The translations under genes and the position numbers were made by a program. Of a stretch of 64,000 bases of DNA, positions 32,496-43,500 are shown one piece after another (position 1 is the first letter of the stretch; every line of letters starts with the position of its first letter). Source of the DNA: an uncultured delta proteobacterium (GTDB taxonomy: Bacteria > Myxococcota_A > Polyangia > Fen-1088); NCBI GenBank assembly GCA_963796685.1, contig CAWCMR010000008.1:192001-256000 (forward strand), written 5' to 3'. The notes beneath the pieces are model-generated. The model made no database searches, was not told where the DNA came from, and was given only the letters and a program-made list of their open reading frames with translations.

Positions 32496-33488
32496 GTGAA
32501 GGTCCGCTCCTTCCCGCGATCGAAAGTGAAGCTGTGGCGGCGCAACGCATTCGAGGTCCTCACCGCGGATGTCGTGGCAAGCCGACATCCAGGCCCGGCG
32601 CCGCCACCAGAATGGGCGCCGACCCTGCACCAGCTTACCCGTTTGTTGCGCGATCCGGCAACGCCCCCATCGTGGTGGACGCCGATGACGGCGTTCTTCG
32701 GCAGCGTCGAAACCCGGACCGATCCGAGCAGTTACCACTGGGACGGAATGAAGCGTCTCGGGCGCACCGATGCGCCGTTGTTCGCCTTCCAGCTGACCCT
32801 GGCGGGTTGGGGGCACTTCCAACTCTACGGTGAATCGCCTCGCCGCGTTCCACCTGGTACCGCGTTCGTCGCGATCATACCGTCGCGCCATCGCTACTAC
32901 TTGCCCGAGGATTCGCCGGGCTGGACGTTCGGCTGGATCTCCATCCACCATCCCTACCTTCTCGGCAGAATGGCCAAACAAGTGGAGGCCACGGGGCCGC
33001 TCATCGAGGTGGCGCCCGATGGTGCGCTGGCGGCAGTTGCCGTGCGCCTCATGCGTGGCGCGATCAAGAAGGATTTTCGCGATCGATACGAGACCGAGCT
33101 GGCCCTGTTCGAGTTCCTGGTTGCTTGCGAGCGAAGCGTGCAGCAGGCGCGCGACACCTCCAGCGAAAGCCGGCGGCTGCTGGAGGCGGTTCGGTCGCGC
33201 ATCGTCGCGAGCCTGCCCAAGGCCCTCGACGTCAATGCCCTGGCAGCCGAATACGGGATGAGCCGCACACACTTCAGTCATTTCTTCCGGGCACGTACCG
33301 GGCTCACTCCCGCGCGCTTCGCCACAGACGTGCGAATTCACCAAGCGACGCGCATGCTGCTGACCACCCGTACACCGCTGAAACAGATCTCCGACGCCTG
33401 TGGGTTCGCGAATGCCAACTACTTCTGCAAGGTGTTTCGCCGTCTGCAGCACCTGACCCCAGCTTCCTACCGGCGAGCCTTCGGCTGA
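32496..33488 (+). CDS. AraC family transcriptional regulator (true start probably downstream)
   Basis: Cupin-like N-domain; LAAEYGMSRTHFSHFF, ISDACGFANANYFCKVFRR..TPASYRR; divergent from the GH27 gene. Confidence 0.9.
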   Translation: MKVRSFPRSKVKLWRRNAFEVLTADVVASRHPGPAPPPEWAPTLHQLTRLLRDPATPPSWWTPMTAFFGSVETRTDPSSYHWDGMKRLGRTDAPLFAFQLTLAGWGHFQLYGESPRRVPPGTAFVAIIPSRHRYYLPEDSPGWTFGWISIHHPYLLGRMAKQVEATGPLIEVAPDGALAAVAVRLMRGAIKKDFRDRYETELALFEFLVACERSVQQARDTSSESRRLLEAVRSRIVASLPKALDVNALAAEYGMSRTHFSHFFRARTGLTPARFATDVRIHQATRMLLTTRTPLKQISDACGFANANYFCKVFRRLQHLTPASYRRAFG

Positions 33489-33602
33489 CCGAAGACTATC
33501 TCCAGCAGAAAACGGGGTCTTGTTTCGACTTGGTACCGAGTCCTTGCGGCAGACAACCGAATCTCTTTCGGCGAACAACCGTTCGAAGTCGCCTCCTCGC
33601 CC

Positions 33603-34008
33603 TCAACCACGCCGCTCGGCCACCTGCCTCACCTCGAGCGAGGAGACCCTCGCGAGTGCGGCGAAATCGCGGTCTCGGTGCAGGACGGCGACATCGTGCC
33701 GGATGGCACAGGCGGCGATGAGACAATCGACCCCGGAACGGATGGTCAGACCCGCCTTGCGTGCTGCCCGATACAGTCTGCGCCGCCTCCAAGAAGACTT
33801 CCTCTGGCACCGGCGACTCGATCATCGGCATGGACAGCAGTGCGTCCCGGGCCACGCGATAGCTTGCCTCATCCCGGATGCCTTGGAGGATCTCCTGGAC
33901 GATGGGAAGACAGACCACGACCTCGTCGAAGACTACCAGGGATTCGAGGTCCAGCGGCCGCTGCTTGCGAAACACCTCGATCCAGACGGACGTGTCGACC
34001 AGGATCAC
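33603..34008 (-). CDS. vapC: VapC PIN-domain toxin (+1 frameshift at ~33777)
   Basis: ILVDTSVWI, QEILQG; after removing one base YRAARKAGLTIRSGVDCLIAACAIRHDVAVLHRDRDF. Confidence 0.85.
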
Positions 34009-34241
34009 GAACGTGCGCCCCGCCGTCTCGGCCCCGCCGAATCCGACAGATCCCGGCGCATCTCGGAAAGCGCTCCCTGCCACGCTCCACTGCCGCGCAG
34101 CGAGAGAATCCTTTGTGCGCGAACCCTCCTGACGAAATCCTTGAGCGCGGCGTTGACAGTCGCCGAGTAGGTCTTCTGCCCGCCCAACCTGGTCGCTTCC
34201 TTGAGCACGTCCACATCAAGCACAAGATTTGTACGTTGCAT
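34005..34241 (-). CDS. vapB: VapB antitoxin (DUF2191-like)
   Basis: MQRTNLVLD..L.EA......YSATVNAALKDFVRR; stop overlaps the vapC GTG. Confidence 0.85.
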   Translation of the reverse strand: MQRTNLVLDVDVLKEATRLGGQKTYSATVNAALKDFVRRVRAQRILSLRGSGAWQGALSEMRRDLSDSAGPRRRGARS

Positions 34242-34536
34242 ACACACAGTATGCGAAGGACCCCCGGCGATATCAAGCCCGCGTCCCTGTCGTTCGCCAT
34301 CTCGCGGTCAACGCGATCGCTCTCCCACTCGTTGGCCTGATCGGCTGCAGTTTGCCGCTCTGTGAGTGGTATCGCGCGGGTCGCAGCGGACCACCAGGAT
34401 CACCGCGGGACAGCACGCACAATGCGCAGCAACCAGGGCGTAACCTTTGCCACGTGACAACTTGTCGCGCGCGGCAGATTGCCACGCTCTTGGCCACGAA
34501 CCGGGGCGTCCTTGTTGTTGCTTCTTCTCTTCGAGC

Positions 34537-34552
34537 TGGCATCGGCCATGCA
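34537..34552 (+). promoter_or_regulatory. Possible sigma-54 promoter of gltC
   Basis: TGGCATCGGCCATGCA = GG-N10-GC, ~55 nt upstream of ATG 34609, which has SD GAGGAGG. Confidence 0.35.
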
Positions 34553-34608
34553 CGAAAAGCCTGCGGTTCTCCACAACCAATCGATGCCGATAGCCGAGGA
34601 GGTCCCCT

Positions 34609-36429
34609 ATGAGCCCTACCAAGGGTTGCGCCCTGTTTCTCGTAGCCGCGTTCGTGATGGCAGGTTCGCCCGACGCTGCCGCCCGAGGGAAGAGACGGAG
34701 AGCCACGGACGAACCTTCCGCCTCCTCGCCGCCTGGCACCCTGGCCGCTCCTTTGACGAGTGGCGGGGGATTGACGGCGCTCGACCGCGGCGACAAGTTC
34801 TACGCCCACAACGACCTCTACATGGCGTCGATCGAATACAACAACGCCCTCGAAGACAAGAGCAGCGACGAGCTCGTGCGGCAGACGGCCGAGTTCAAGA
34901 TGGCAAAGACCCTGTACAAGCTCCACTTCTACTCGGGAGCGCTCAGTTACTTCGACCGCATCGTACAGAAGGGGAATTCGCATCCCTTCTACAACGAAAC
35001 GCTGCAATGGTTGGCGGCGTTGACCCATGACATTCCCGACTCGGCCGGGGTCCTGGAGAAGATCGGCAAATACGATCGCAGCGAATTGGAAAATCCGCAG
35101 CTCGCTGCCGTGCGCGACGAGCTCTACTTCTTGCTTGGCAAGTACAACTACCAGAAGAACAAGTTCAAAGAAGCGGTGGAGCTCTTCGACATGGTGAATC
35201 CGCAGAGCCCCTTCTACGTGCAGGCCAAGCTTTTCGAGGGTGCGACCCACGTCCGCGAATACGATGCCAAGCCGGCGGTGGCCGCCTTCAAGGACGTGTT
35301 GCGCGTGGCCGAGAACAGCTCGGATCCCAAGGTTCGTCCTTTCGAGGATCTGGCCAATCTTTCGCTGGCGCGCGTCTTCTATTCCACCGGGCAGTACGCG
35401 CTCGCGGCGAAGTACTTCGACCGCGTGTCGCGTGACTCGTACGACTGGCCGAACAGCCTGTTCGAGTCCTCCTGGGCGAATTTCATGCTCAAGGATGCCG
35501 GCTACTCCAAGGCGCTCGGCGACATCCACACCCTGCGCGCGCCCTTCTTCGAATACTTCATCAAGCCGGAATCCGCCGCCGAAGCGCTCACGGTCAAGGC
35601 CACCATCTATTTCTACAATTGCCTATTCGACCGCGCCAGCGATGCCATGGACGAGTTCGACGAAACCGTTCCCGAAATCAAGAAGGGCCTCGACGAGCTC
35701 CTGAAACAGCACCAGGACAATGCGGAGTTTTACGACCTGGCCGTCAAGATTCGCGCTGGTCGATCGCGCATGAATCCGGTCGTGGAACGCGCGGCGCGCG
35801 CCGAGTTGCTCGACCGCAGCCTGGCCAAGCGTTTCGAATATGTACGGGAGCTGGACAAGGAGATGGCCCAATATGACAAGGCGGACCCGACTTGGAAGGC
35901 CACGGCGGTGGCCAACAATGTCTTCTCCGACCTCGGCGTGAATCGGGCGCTCATGGTGGCCGCGGCCGGCGATTTGGCGCGCAAGCGCGTCGAGCGTCTG
36001 GACAACGAGCTTTCGGCGCTCATCACGCGCGTGATCAAGATCAAATACGAGATTCTCGAAGGACAGAAACGCCAGGAGGAGGAGGATCTGAAGGAGGAGC
36101 AGGCCACCAGCCACGCGCGCAAGGCGAAGAGTATCGTCACCATCAATGTCGACGACGAGCACGAGTTCTGGCCATTCACCGGAGAGTATTGGCGCGACGA
36201 GCTCGGATACTATCGCTACAAGCTGGTCAACAAGTGCGGGCGGGCAGGAACGCCGCAGGGCGCGCCCGAGAATGCGCCAACCGCCGAGACCGGCGGCGAA
36301 GGCGCCGCGGCCACGGGCGGCGGCGAGGCCGCACCAGCCGAGGGTGCCCCACCCGCGGAGAGCGGCACGGCCCCCGGCGGCGGCGGGGAGGGAATGCCTG
36401 CGCCCTCCGCGCCAGGGACTTCACCGTAA
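34609..36429 (+). CDS. gltC: Adventurous gliding motility protein GltC (TPR)
   Basis: Signal peptide, TPR repeats, SLFESSWANF, C-terminal DDEHEFWPFTGEYWRDELGYY. Confidence 0.8.
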   Translation: MSPTKGCALFLVAAFVMAGSPDAAARGKRRRATDEPSASSPPGTLAAPLTSGGGLTALDRGDKFYAHNDLYMASIEYNNALEDKSSDELVRQTAEFKMAKTLYKLHFYSGALSYFDRIVQKGNSHPFYNETLQWLAALTHDIPDSAGVLEKIGKYDRSELENPQLAAVRDELYFLLGKYNYQKNKFKEAVELFDMVNPQSPFYVQAKLFEGATHVREYDAKPAVAAFKDVLRVAENSSDPKVRPFEDLANLSLARVFYSTGQYALAAKYFDRVSRDSYDWPNSLFESSWANFMLKDAGYSKALGDIHTLRAPFFEYFIKPESAAEALTVKATIYFYNCLFDRASDAMDEFDETVPEIKKGLDELLKQHQDNAEFYDLAVKIRAGRSRMNPVVERAARAELLDRSLAKRFEYVRELDKEMAQYDKADPTWKATAVANNVFSDLGVNRALMVAAAGDLARKRVERLDNELSALITRVIKIKYEILEGQKRQEEEDLKEEQATSHARKAKSIVTINVDDEHEFWPFTGEYWRDELGYYRYKLVNKCGRAGTPQGAPENAPTAETGGEGAAATGGGEAAPAEGAPPAESGTAPGGGGEGMPAPSAPGTSP

Positions 36430-37471
36430 AAGCCTCCACTGGCGTCGGACGAGCTGTGCCTGGTCGGCGATGTTGGCGAGCCACTGGTGGGTGAGCTCGG
36501 CATGGGTCAGGTCGCTCCAGTGCGCGAACCAGGCGGCCCGCTCGCCGAGGGGCTTGCGGGTCAGGCGAACCGTGGGATGGATCTCCAGGGTCAGCGAGAT
36601 CCGATCGGGCGGGAGGTGCGCGTGGACGGCGTCGAGCACGCCGCGCAAGCCCTCGGCGCCCAGGATGGTAGGCAGGGTTCCGTCCGGCGCCAGCGCCGTG
36701 CTCGCCGGGATACGTTCGACGAAGGCGAGGTGGTCGCACACGCGGTAGGGGCTGAGTCGCGAGAGGAGATGACCGTCGTGCAGGTGGAAGTGCATCGGCT
36801 TGCCCAGGCGGGCGACCCGAGCCACCAGCGCGATCAGAGCGCGGGCGGCATGGCTGCCGGCCTCGTCAAGATCGCACGCCAGCGAGCCCAAGACCGGATC
36901 GGCGGGGTCCAGGCTCGAGACGTCGAGATCCGGATGGCGCGCCCGCATCCAACGACGGGCGGCGAAGATGGTCACGTGCCCGGTGTCGATGCACGCGCTC
37001 ACGTGGCGCAGCGGCGACAGCCCCTCCAGCATGGTCGCGTACGAAGAGAGCTTCGAGCCCGGCCGCGTACTCGAGATGCAGAACCGGCCCATCCGCGAGC
37101 GTCGCCAGTTGCGTATCGATCTCGCCCAGCGCCGTGGCCAGCTCGTCCGCGCGCGACGGCCAGTCGCCGCGATCGTGAACCACGAGGCCGCGCACGCGCC
37201 CCTGCAGCGCCCGCGCGAAGGCGGGGATGCGCGCTCGGTCCCCCGGCGCGAAGACATCCCAGTTGCGCGAGAGATGGAGCATGTGTCGAGCCAGGCCTCG
37301 TGGTACGAACCGCCAATCGTGCAACGCCTCGTCGACCGTACCGGGATAGACCTCGGCCCCCATCTCCGCCCGCTCGAGCTCGGCCTGAGCGAGGCGGAGC
37401 AGCGCCTCGTCGCCCGAAAAGTGGCGATGGAAGATCCCGAACAGCTCGGGCATGGCCCCTGGTCGACTCAC
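36421..37471 (-). CDS. Metal-dependent TIM-barrel protein (xylose isomerase-like / AP endonuclease 2 fold), +1 frameshift at ~37052
   Basis: Joined ORFs 36866..37471 and 36421..37257 give LHLEY, CIDTGH, HFHLHDGH, DH, LTLEIH; GTG overlaps the dikinase stop. Confidence 0.7.
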
Positions 37472-40122
37472 GTCACCTCCTCGGCGGTCGGGATCGCGGG
37501 CCTAGACTGCACCAACCACAGGTCGTCGTGCACGATCGCACCCTCGACGTCCTGGGGTCCGCCCAGCTCGCGCTCGAGCGTCAGCGCGGCATCCAACAAC
37601 CGCTCGACCAGCCCTTGCCGCCAGGCCGGGTCGCGTCCGAAGCGGAGATCGTCGTGGCGAACCGCGCGCCAGCGCAGCTCGCCGTCCGCGCCGAGCATGA
37701 GCCCCTCGGCAAAGCTCAGGTGGGTTGCCAGCCGGTGGGTGCCTCGACGCCGATCGATGTGGACCCGATAGGGGCTGCCCTCGCCGCTGGCCGAGCAAAG
37801 GGTCTCGCCCAACCCCACCGCAAGCTCGACATAGGCCTGGTCGCCGGACGAATCGAAGGGGCTGCGCGTGTACATCACCAGGGAAAGATCGGCGGCAACG
37901 ACCGGCTGGATCAACAAGGACATGCGTAGATCGCGGGCGCGGACAGCCGCCGCGCGACAAGCGGCGAGCGCCCGGCGGCCATAGAGCGAGGCCCAGACCC
38001 GGCGCACCGCCGCGGACAGATCCGGTGGATGGACGCCGATGGCCGAGTCGAAGAGGCCGGCGCCCACTGCGCCTTTCAGGTCCTCGGCGTTGCTGCTGGA
38101 ACGTACCGCGAGCGGCTCGAAACCGGCGGCGCGCTGGCCGAGCTCGCGCTGGAAATCCTCGGGCAGCGCCGTGGCCTCGACCAGGTCGTGCAGGCGTCGG
38201 CCGGCATCGGCCCATGCACCGGATTCCTCGTGCCGGTCGGCGGCGGCCAGCAACGAGCGCATCTCGTCGGCGGCATGCGGAGCCCGCGCCAGGCAAGCCT
38301 CCATCACCCCGAACGGCACCACGAACCCGGGCGGCGCACGAAAACCGCCTCTTCCGTCCGCCGCCATCTCGGCCAACCTGCGCGCCCCCCAGGCCTTGCC
38401 GCCCGCCGTCGCGCTCTCCGCCTGCTCCAGCGCAAGCAGGCCCGGACTGCCAGTGCACGCAGCCTCGCCGAGCGTGAATCGCCGCGTGGCGGTGGTGCCG
38501 CCGCCGGCGCTTGCCGGCCGCACATGAAGACCTTCGTTGTCGACGGTGAGCGCGGTCAGTTGGCCCACGCGCGCGGCGAGCGAATCCTCGAGTGGCCCCG
38601 GGTCGCGGCGGGCCGCCATGACGACGCCACGCTGGCGAGCGCGAATCGCCACGTGCGATAGGTGGGGAAGGTCGTGGCCGACCAGCAGCCCGCGCACCCA
38701 GTCGGGCAGCTCCTCGTCCCCATCGAGGCGGTCGAGCAGCACGAGCGCGGGTTGGGCTTGCTCGTCCATCTCATGGAGATGGTCGAGCGAGAGCAGCCTC
38801 CCCTCCGCGGTTCCCTCGACCACGGCCTGCCAAGGGGACAGTCCCAGGGCCTCCGCGGTCGTGGACAACCCGAAGTCGACCAGACGGGACAGTTGAAAGG
38901 CCAGGCTGCCCCTGATCTCGCGCTCGGCGAACTGCCCGGTCACCTGCGCAGGCATGGCGAGCCGGCGACCCAGCTCGGCGGCGAAGCGGGCACACCCGCC
39001 GAGAACCCGATCCGCATAGCGCCCCAGCACGATTCGCGCGGTTTCGAAGCGCGCGCGCGCCAACCGCATGTCTTCCTCCCGCCCGCCGGGGATGCCTTCG
39101 TGTTTCTCGGGGCGGACAGCCAGAGCTTGCATGAATTCCGGCTCCACCCCCGAGATGGCAAGCTGCGCAGCCACCTCGGCCATCACGTCGAGCAAGGCAT
39201 CGACCTGCGTGGCGTCCGTCTTCGCTTCGAGACGGTTCACCCTCATGGACACGAGCACGAACGCCCTCTCGTCGAGCTTGAGATCCGCGAGACGCATCTT
39301 CTGCCCCAAGGGCGCCTCGCCGTCGGCGAACGCGGGCGCCAGAGCGCGGCGGAGGCGCGTGATGGCCACGAGCTCGCGGTCGATGCGGTCGGGCGAGTCG
39401 AGCGGCAGGCGATGGAGCGCGAGAAAATCCTCAGCGGCGGAGGCATCCACCGCAGGCAGCTTGGGCAGCAGCTCCCGCAGGTCCTGTTCGACGCTGCCGG
39501 CGTTGAAGAACGCCTCCAGCTCGGCATGAAACAGGCGAAACTCGCGAACGAAGGATTCCGGAAACTGTGCCTCGGGGCTGGTGATGCGCGCGAGCAGGTC
39601 GGCCGAGGTCTGGAGATCCTCGGGACCCGCGCTACGGTGCAGCTTGTTTTGCAGGGTACCCTTGATTTCGTTCTTGAGGGGCTGGGGAATGTCGTTGCGG
39701 TGGGCGATGTCGCGGATGCGCGTCAGCGGCTCGGCACGCCGAAACGGAAGATCGTGCGAGGGCAACCAGCGCAGGATGCCGCGCACCAGCGAGCGATTCT
39801 CGGGCCGAACGTCAGCCAACAGGACGTGCTCGATCTCGAGACCCAGCTCCGCATGGTGGCTGGGCCGGTAATGGCCGCCATCCTCGTGTCCTGGAATGGC
39901 GCCGCTCGCCACCAGCTTGAGAAAGACCCCAAGGTAGGCCAGCACCTCCGGATCACGCGCGCCATGGTCGCGTGTCAGGACGTCTCTGACCCACTCCAGG
40001 CGACGGCGCCAGCTCCCGCGCTCGCCGGAAATCCGCGCCACCTCCGCGGCAAGCTCCAGACACCGATCACTCCCTGCCGCGGACGGCGGCGTCCATGCTG
40101 GCTTGTCGGAGGATCTCGGCAT
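37468..40122 (-). CDS. Phosphoglucan, water dikinase (PWD/GWD3)-like protein
   Basis: EDGGHYRPSHHA, PLTRIRDIAHRNDIP..LKNEIK.TLQNKLHRSAGPEDL, phospho-His LPHLSHVAIRARQ, C-terminal VRSSSNAEDL..GAGLFDS..VWASL..QDVEG..VQSRP. Confidence 0.85.
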   Translation of the reverse strand: MPRSSDKPAWTPPSAAGSDRCLELAAEVARISGERGSWRRRLEWVRDVLTRDHGARDPEVLAYLGVFLKLVASGAIPGHEDGGHYRPSHHAELGLEIEHVLLADVRPENRSLVRGILRWLPSHDLPFRRAEPLTRIRDIAHRNDIPQPLKNEIKGTLQNKLHRSAGPEDLQTSADLLARITSPEAQFPESFVREFRLFHAELEAFFNAGSVEQDLRELLPKLPAVDASAAEDFLALHRLPLDSPDRIDRELVAITRLRRALAPAFADGEAPLGQKMRLADLKLDERAFVLVSMRVNRLEAKTDATQVDALLDVMAEVAAQLAISGVEPEFMQALAVRPEKHEGIPGGREEDMRLARARFETARIVLGRYADRVLGGCARFAAELGRRLAMPAQVTGQFAEREIRGSLAFQLSRLVDFGLSTTAEALGLSPWQAVVEGTAEGRLLSLDHLHEMDEQAQPALVLLDRLDGDEELPDWVRGLLVGHDLPHLSHVAIRARQRGVVMAARRDPGPLEDSLAARVGQLTALTVDNEGLHVRPASAGGGTTATRRFTLGEAACTGSPGLLALEQAESATAGGKAWGARRLAEMAADGRGGFRAPPGFVVPFGVMEACLARAPHAADEMRSLLAAADRHEESGAWADAGRRLHDLVEATALPEDFQRELGQRAAGFEPLAVRSSSNAEDLKGAVGAGLFDSAIGVHPPDLSAAVRRVWASLYGRRALAACRAAAVRARDLRMSLLIQPVVAADLSLVMYTRSPFDSSGDQAYVELAVGLGETLCSASGEGSPYRVHIDRRRGTHRLATHLSFAEGLMLGADGELRWRAVRHDDLRFGRDPAWRQGLVERLLDAALTLERELGGPQDVEGAIVHDDLWLVQSRPAIPTAEEVT

Positions 40123-40531
40123 GGGAGCCCACTCTGCTGATTACGTCGAGCAAGTGTACCTCCCCAAGCCTCGCGGGCGAGACGTTTCGAGGGCACTACT
40201 GGACGCGCGTCAATTTCCGGAAGCAGGGATCCGTGGTCATGGTCGCCGACAGCTCGTTGGCGGTCGCCACCATGCGAATCGGATCTCAGCGGCTTTGTCC
40301 CGCGATACTGCGCCACAACAGCTGTGCCACGATCGGGCCAACCCCGTGTGCCAAGACTGGCCATACGACCCGTTCCTGGCTTCCTGGCTTCCTTGGAGGG
40401 ACTTCCTCACGCAGTTCTGGGCGGAGAACGGATCCGAGGCTGCAGGCGCCTCGACAGCACCTGCAGCCGCAGAGATCAGCCCGTCGGTTGGGCGGGCTGC
40501 GGTCGGCGGGACCGGCCGGCTCGCTACCTGA

Positions 40532-43500
40532 CTACCACGCGGTGAAGTAGGCCCACGACTGATTGCCGGTCGTGGTCTGGATGCAGTAGCCGCCATTGCG
40601 CGTGGCGGGCAGCGACGACCAGTTGCCGCCGGTACAAGACTCCGTCGTGCCGTTGACCTTCAAGGTCCGCGGGCTGACGAAGTTGCCGCAATTCCCACTA
40701 TGCATGGTGGAAGTCGTTTGGTAGCAGACCGCGCCGGTTCCGAGGTTACCGGATGAGTAGCTGCCATTGACCGTAAAGGTGATGGGGTTCGTGCAAAGTC
40801 CGGTGCACGGCGTGGTTCCAGCGGCGTTGACCGTGATGACGATGTCGTCGGTCCCAGAGAGGGCGCTGTCGTTCGCGGTCAAGCGAAGCGTATAGCTTCC
40901 GGCCGTCGAGAACGTCGCAGTGGTTGCGCGTGCGCTGGCATTGCCGAAGGTCACGGTCCCTGATCCGCTTACTTTCGACCAGGTCGTGGTCACCGTCGCG
41001 GGCGGGCTCGGCAGGCCGTCGTCGGTCACGCTTCCCGACAGGCTGGCCGTGGCGGGCAAGGTGATCGTTTGATCCGGACCGGCGTTCGCCACCGGCGCGT
41101 GGTTCACCGGCGCGGCGTTGACCGTCACCACGATGTCGTCGCTGGCGGAGAGAGCGCTGTCACTCGCGCTCAGGCGAAGTGTGTAGCTGCCTGACGTCGA
41201 GAACGTCGCGGTGGTGGCGCGTGCGCTCGCGTTGCCGAAGGTCACGGTCCCGGGACCGCTGACTTTCGACCAAGTCGTGGTCACGGTTGCGGGCGGGCTC
41301 GGCAGCCCGTCATCGGTCACGCTTCCCGAAAGGCTGGCCGTGGCTGGCAAGGTGATCGTCTGATCCGGACCGGCATTCACCACGGGCGCCTGGTTCGCAG
41401 GCGCGTTGACCGTCACCACGACATCGTCGCTGGCGGACAAGGCACTATCGTTCGCGGTCAGGCGCAGGGTATAGCTCCCTGCCGCCGAGAACGTCGCCGT
41501 CGTGGCCCGCAGACTTGCGTTGCCGAAGGTCACGCTCCCCGGTCCACTCACCATCGACCAGGTCGTGGTCACTGTCGCGGGCGGGCTCGGCAGGCCGTCG
41601 TCGGTCACGCTTCCCGACAGGCTTGCCGCGGCAGGCAAGGTGACGGTCTGATCCTGACCCGCATTCACCACGGGTGGCTGGTTGACCGGTGGCGCTGCGC
41701 TCACCGTGATCACGATATCGTCGCTCGCCGACAGGGCGCTGTCGCTTGCGGTCAGACGAAGCGTGTAGCTGCCCGGCGCCGAGAAGGTCGCGGTGGTGGC
41801 CAGAAGCGCCGGATTGGCGAAGGTCACCGTGCCCGTTCCGCTCACCACCGACCACGTGGTGGTCAAGGTCGCGGGCGGGTTCGGCAAACCGTCGTCACTC
41901 GCCATGCCGGTCAGGCTGGCCTGAGCCGGCAAGGTGATCGCTTGATCGGGTCCCGCGTTGACCACCGGCGGCTGATTGACCGGCGGGCTCGACCCCACCG
42001 TGATGACGACGTCGTCACTGGCCGACAAGGCGCTGTCGCTCGCGGTCAATCGGAGGGTGTAGATCCCCGATGCCGAGAAGGTCGCGGTGGTGGCCGGAAG
42101 CGCCGGATTGGCGAAGGTCACCGTGCCCGTTCCGCTCACCACCGACCACGTGGTGGTCAAGGTCGCGGGCGGGTTCGGCAAACCGTCGTCCGTCGCCGTC
42201 CCCGTCAGGCTGGCGATGGCCGGCAACGTGATCGTCTGGTCAGGGCCGGCGTTGACGACGGGCGCGGTGTTCGCGGGTGGCGTGCCGTTGGGAGGCACGA
42301 AAGCAATCGCCTGCCCGTCGCTGAGCACGGCCTGGTTGTACGCGTACTGCAGAGCCACGGTTCCCGAGCTGTTCTCGATGCCGATGGTTGCCGAGTTGCC
42401 TTGCGCGCGCGGGTCGGTGCCGATGGTGGTGTACTGAAGCGTGACCTGGCCATTCTCGGCGAGAACCACCTCGAACCCGAACAGGGGCGCGGTAGTGTTG
42501 TAGAATCGCACCGTACGCCATTCGATGACGAAGCTGCGGTTCGGTGCCGTGCCTATGAGCCCGGTGCGAACGCTGCCGGTACTGCCATCGACGATAAGAT
42601 CATCCCACAGCGCATAGATGGCGGCGTTGGGGGTCGATGTGGATGGAATGCCGGTGTTGGAATACGACGTGTCCGCGGCGAGGAAGCTCACCAACCCGTT
42701 GGTGGAAACGTATGCCGTGTTGTAGGCCTGACCGTAGAGGGTGAAGGCGAACGGCAGCGTCACCGAGGTCGCGTAGTCGTCGCCCGTCAGCGCAAGCACC
42801 GTGTTGGCGGCAACATAGGCGTAGGCGGTGGCTCGGCACGTATAGCCGAAGCTGTCTTGACGAGCCACGACCGCGAAGTCCAGCGTGGTGTCCGAGCTGA
42901 TCGTCACGTGCAAGGTCTGGCCGGCAAGGCAACCATTGCTGTCCACCGTGACGTCGTATTCCCCCTCGAACACGGCCGCGAAGCTATAGCTACCGTCGGC
43001 GCCGGTGGTGGCGGGCGCAAGCGACGATCCGATAATGGTGACCTTGACATTGGCCACCGCTGCACCCTGGGCATCTCTTACATGACCCGAGAGAGCGTGC
43101 GCGGGGGGCGCTGGGTTCACGGTGATGACGATGTCGTCACTCGTGGACAGGGCACTGTCGCTCGCCGTCAGCCGCAGCGTGTAGGTCCCCGCAACCGAGA
43201 AGGTTGCGGTGGTGGCCAGCGCCGCTGGGTTGGCGAAGGTCACCGTGCCCGGCCCGCTCGCCACGGACCACGTGGTGGTCAAGGTCCCGGGTGGATACGG
43301 CAGGCCGTCGTCGGTTGCGGTCCCGGACAAGCTCGCCGTGGCCGGCAAGGTGATGCTCTGATCCGATCCCGCGTTGACGACAGGGGCCGTGTTCACGGGT
43401 GGCGTGAAGGGCGGCGACACGAAAACAATCGCCTGCCCATCGCTGAGCACGGCCTGGTTGTACGCGTACTGCAGAGCGACCGTTCCCGCGCCGTTCTCGA

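Noticed and set aside
40123-40531. Small gene between the dikinase and the S8 protease
   Set aside because: Overlapping candidate ORFs lack a clear start or motif, so none can be supported.
40820-43395. CRISPR array or non-coding repeat array
   Set aside because: Repeats are ~290-bp in-frame protein domains with no spacer structure. No cas genes in the window.
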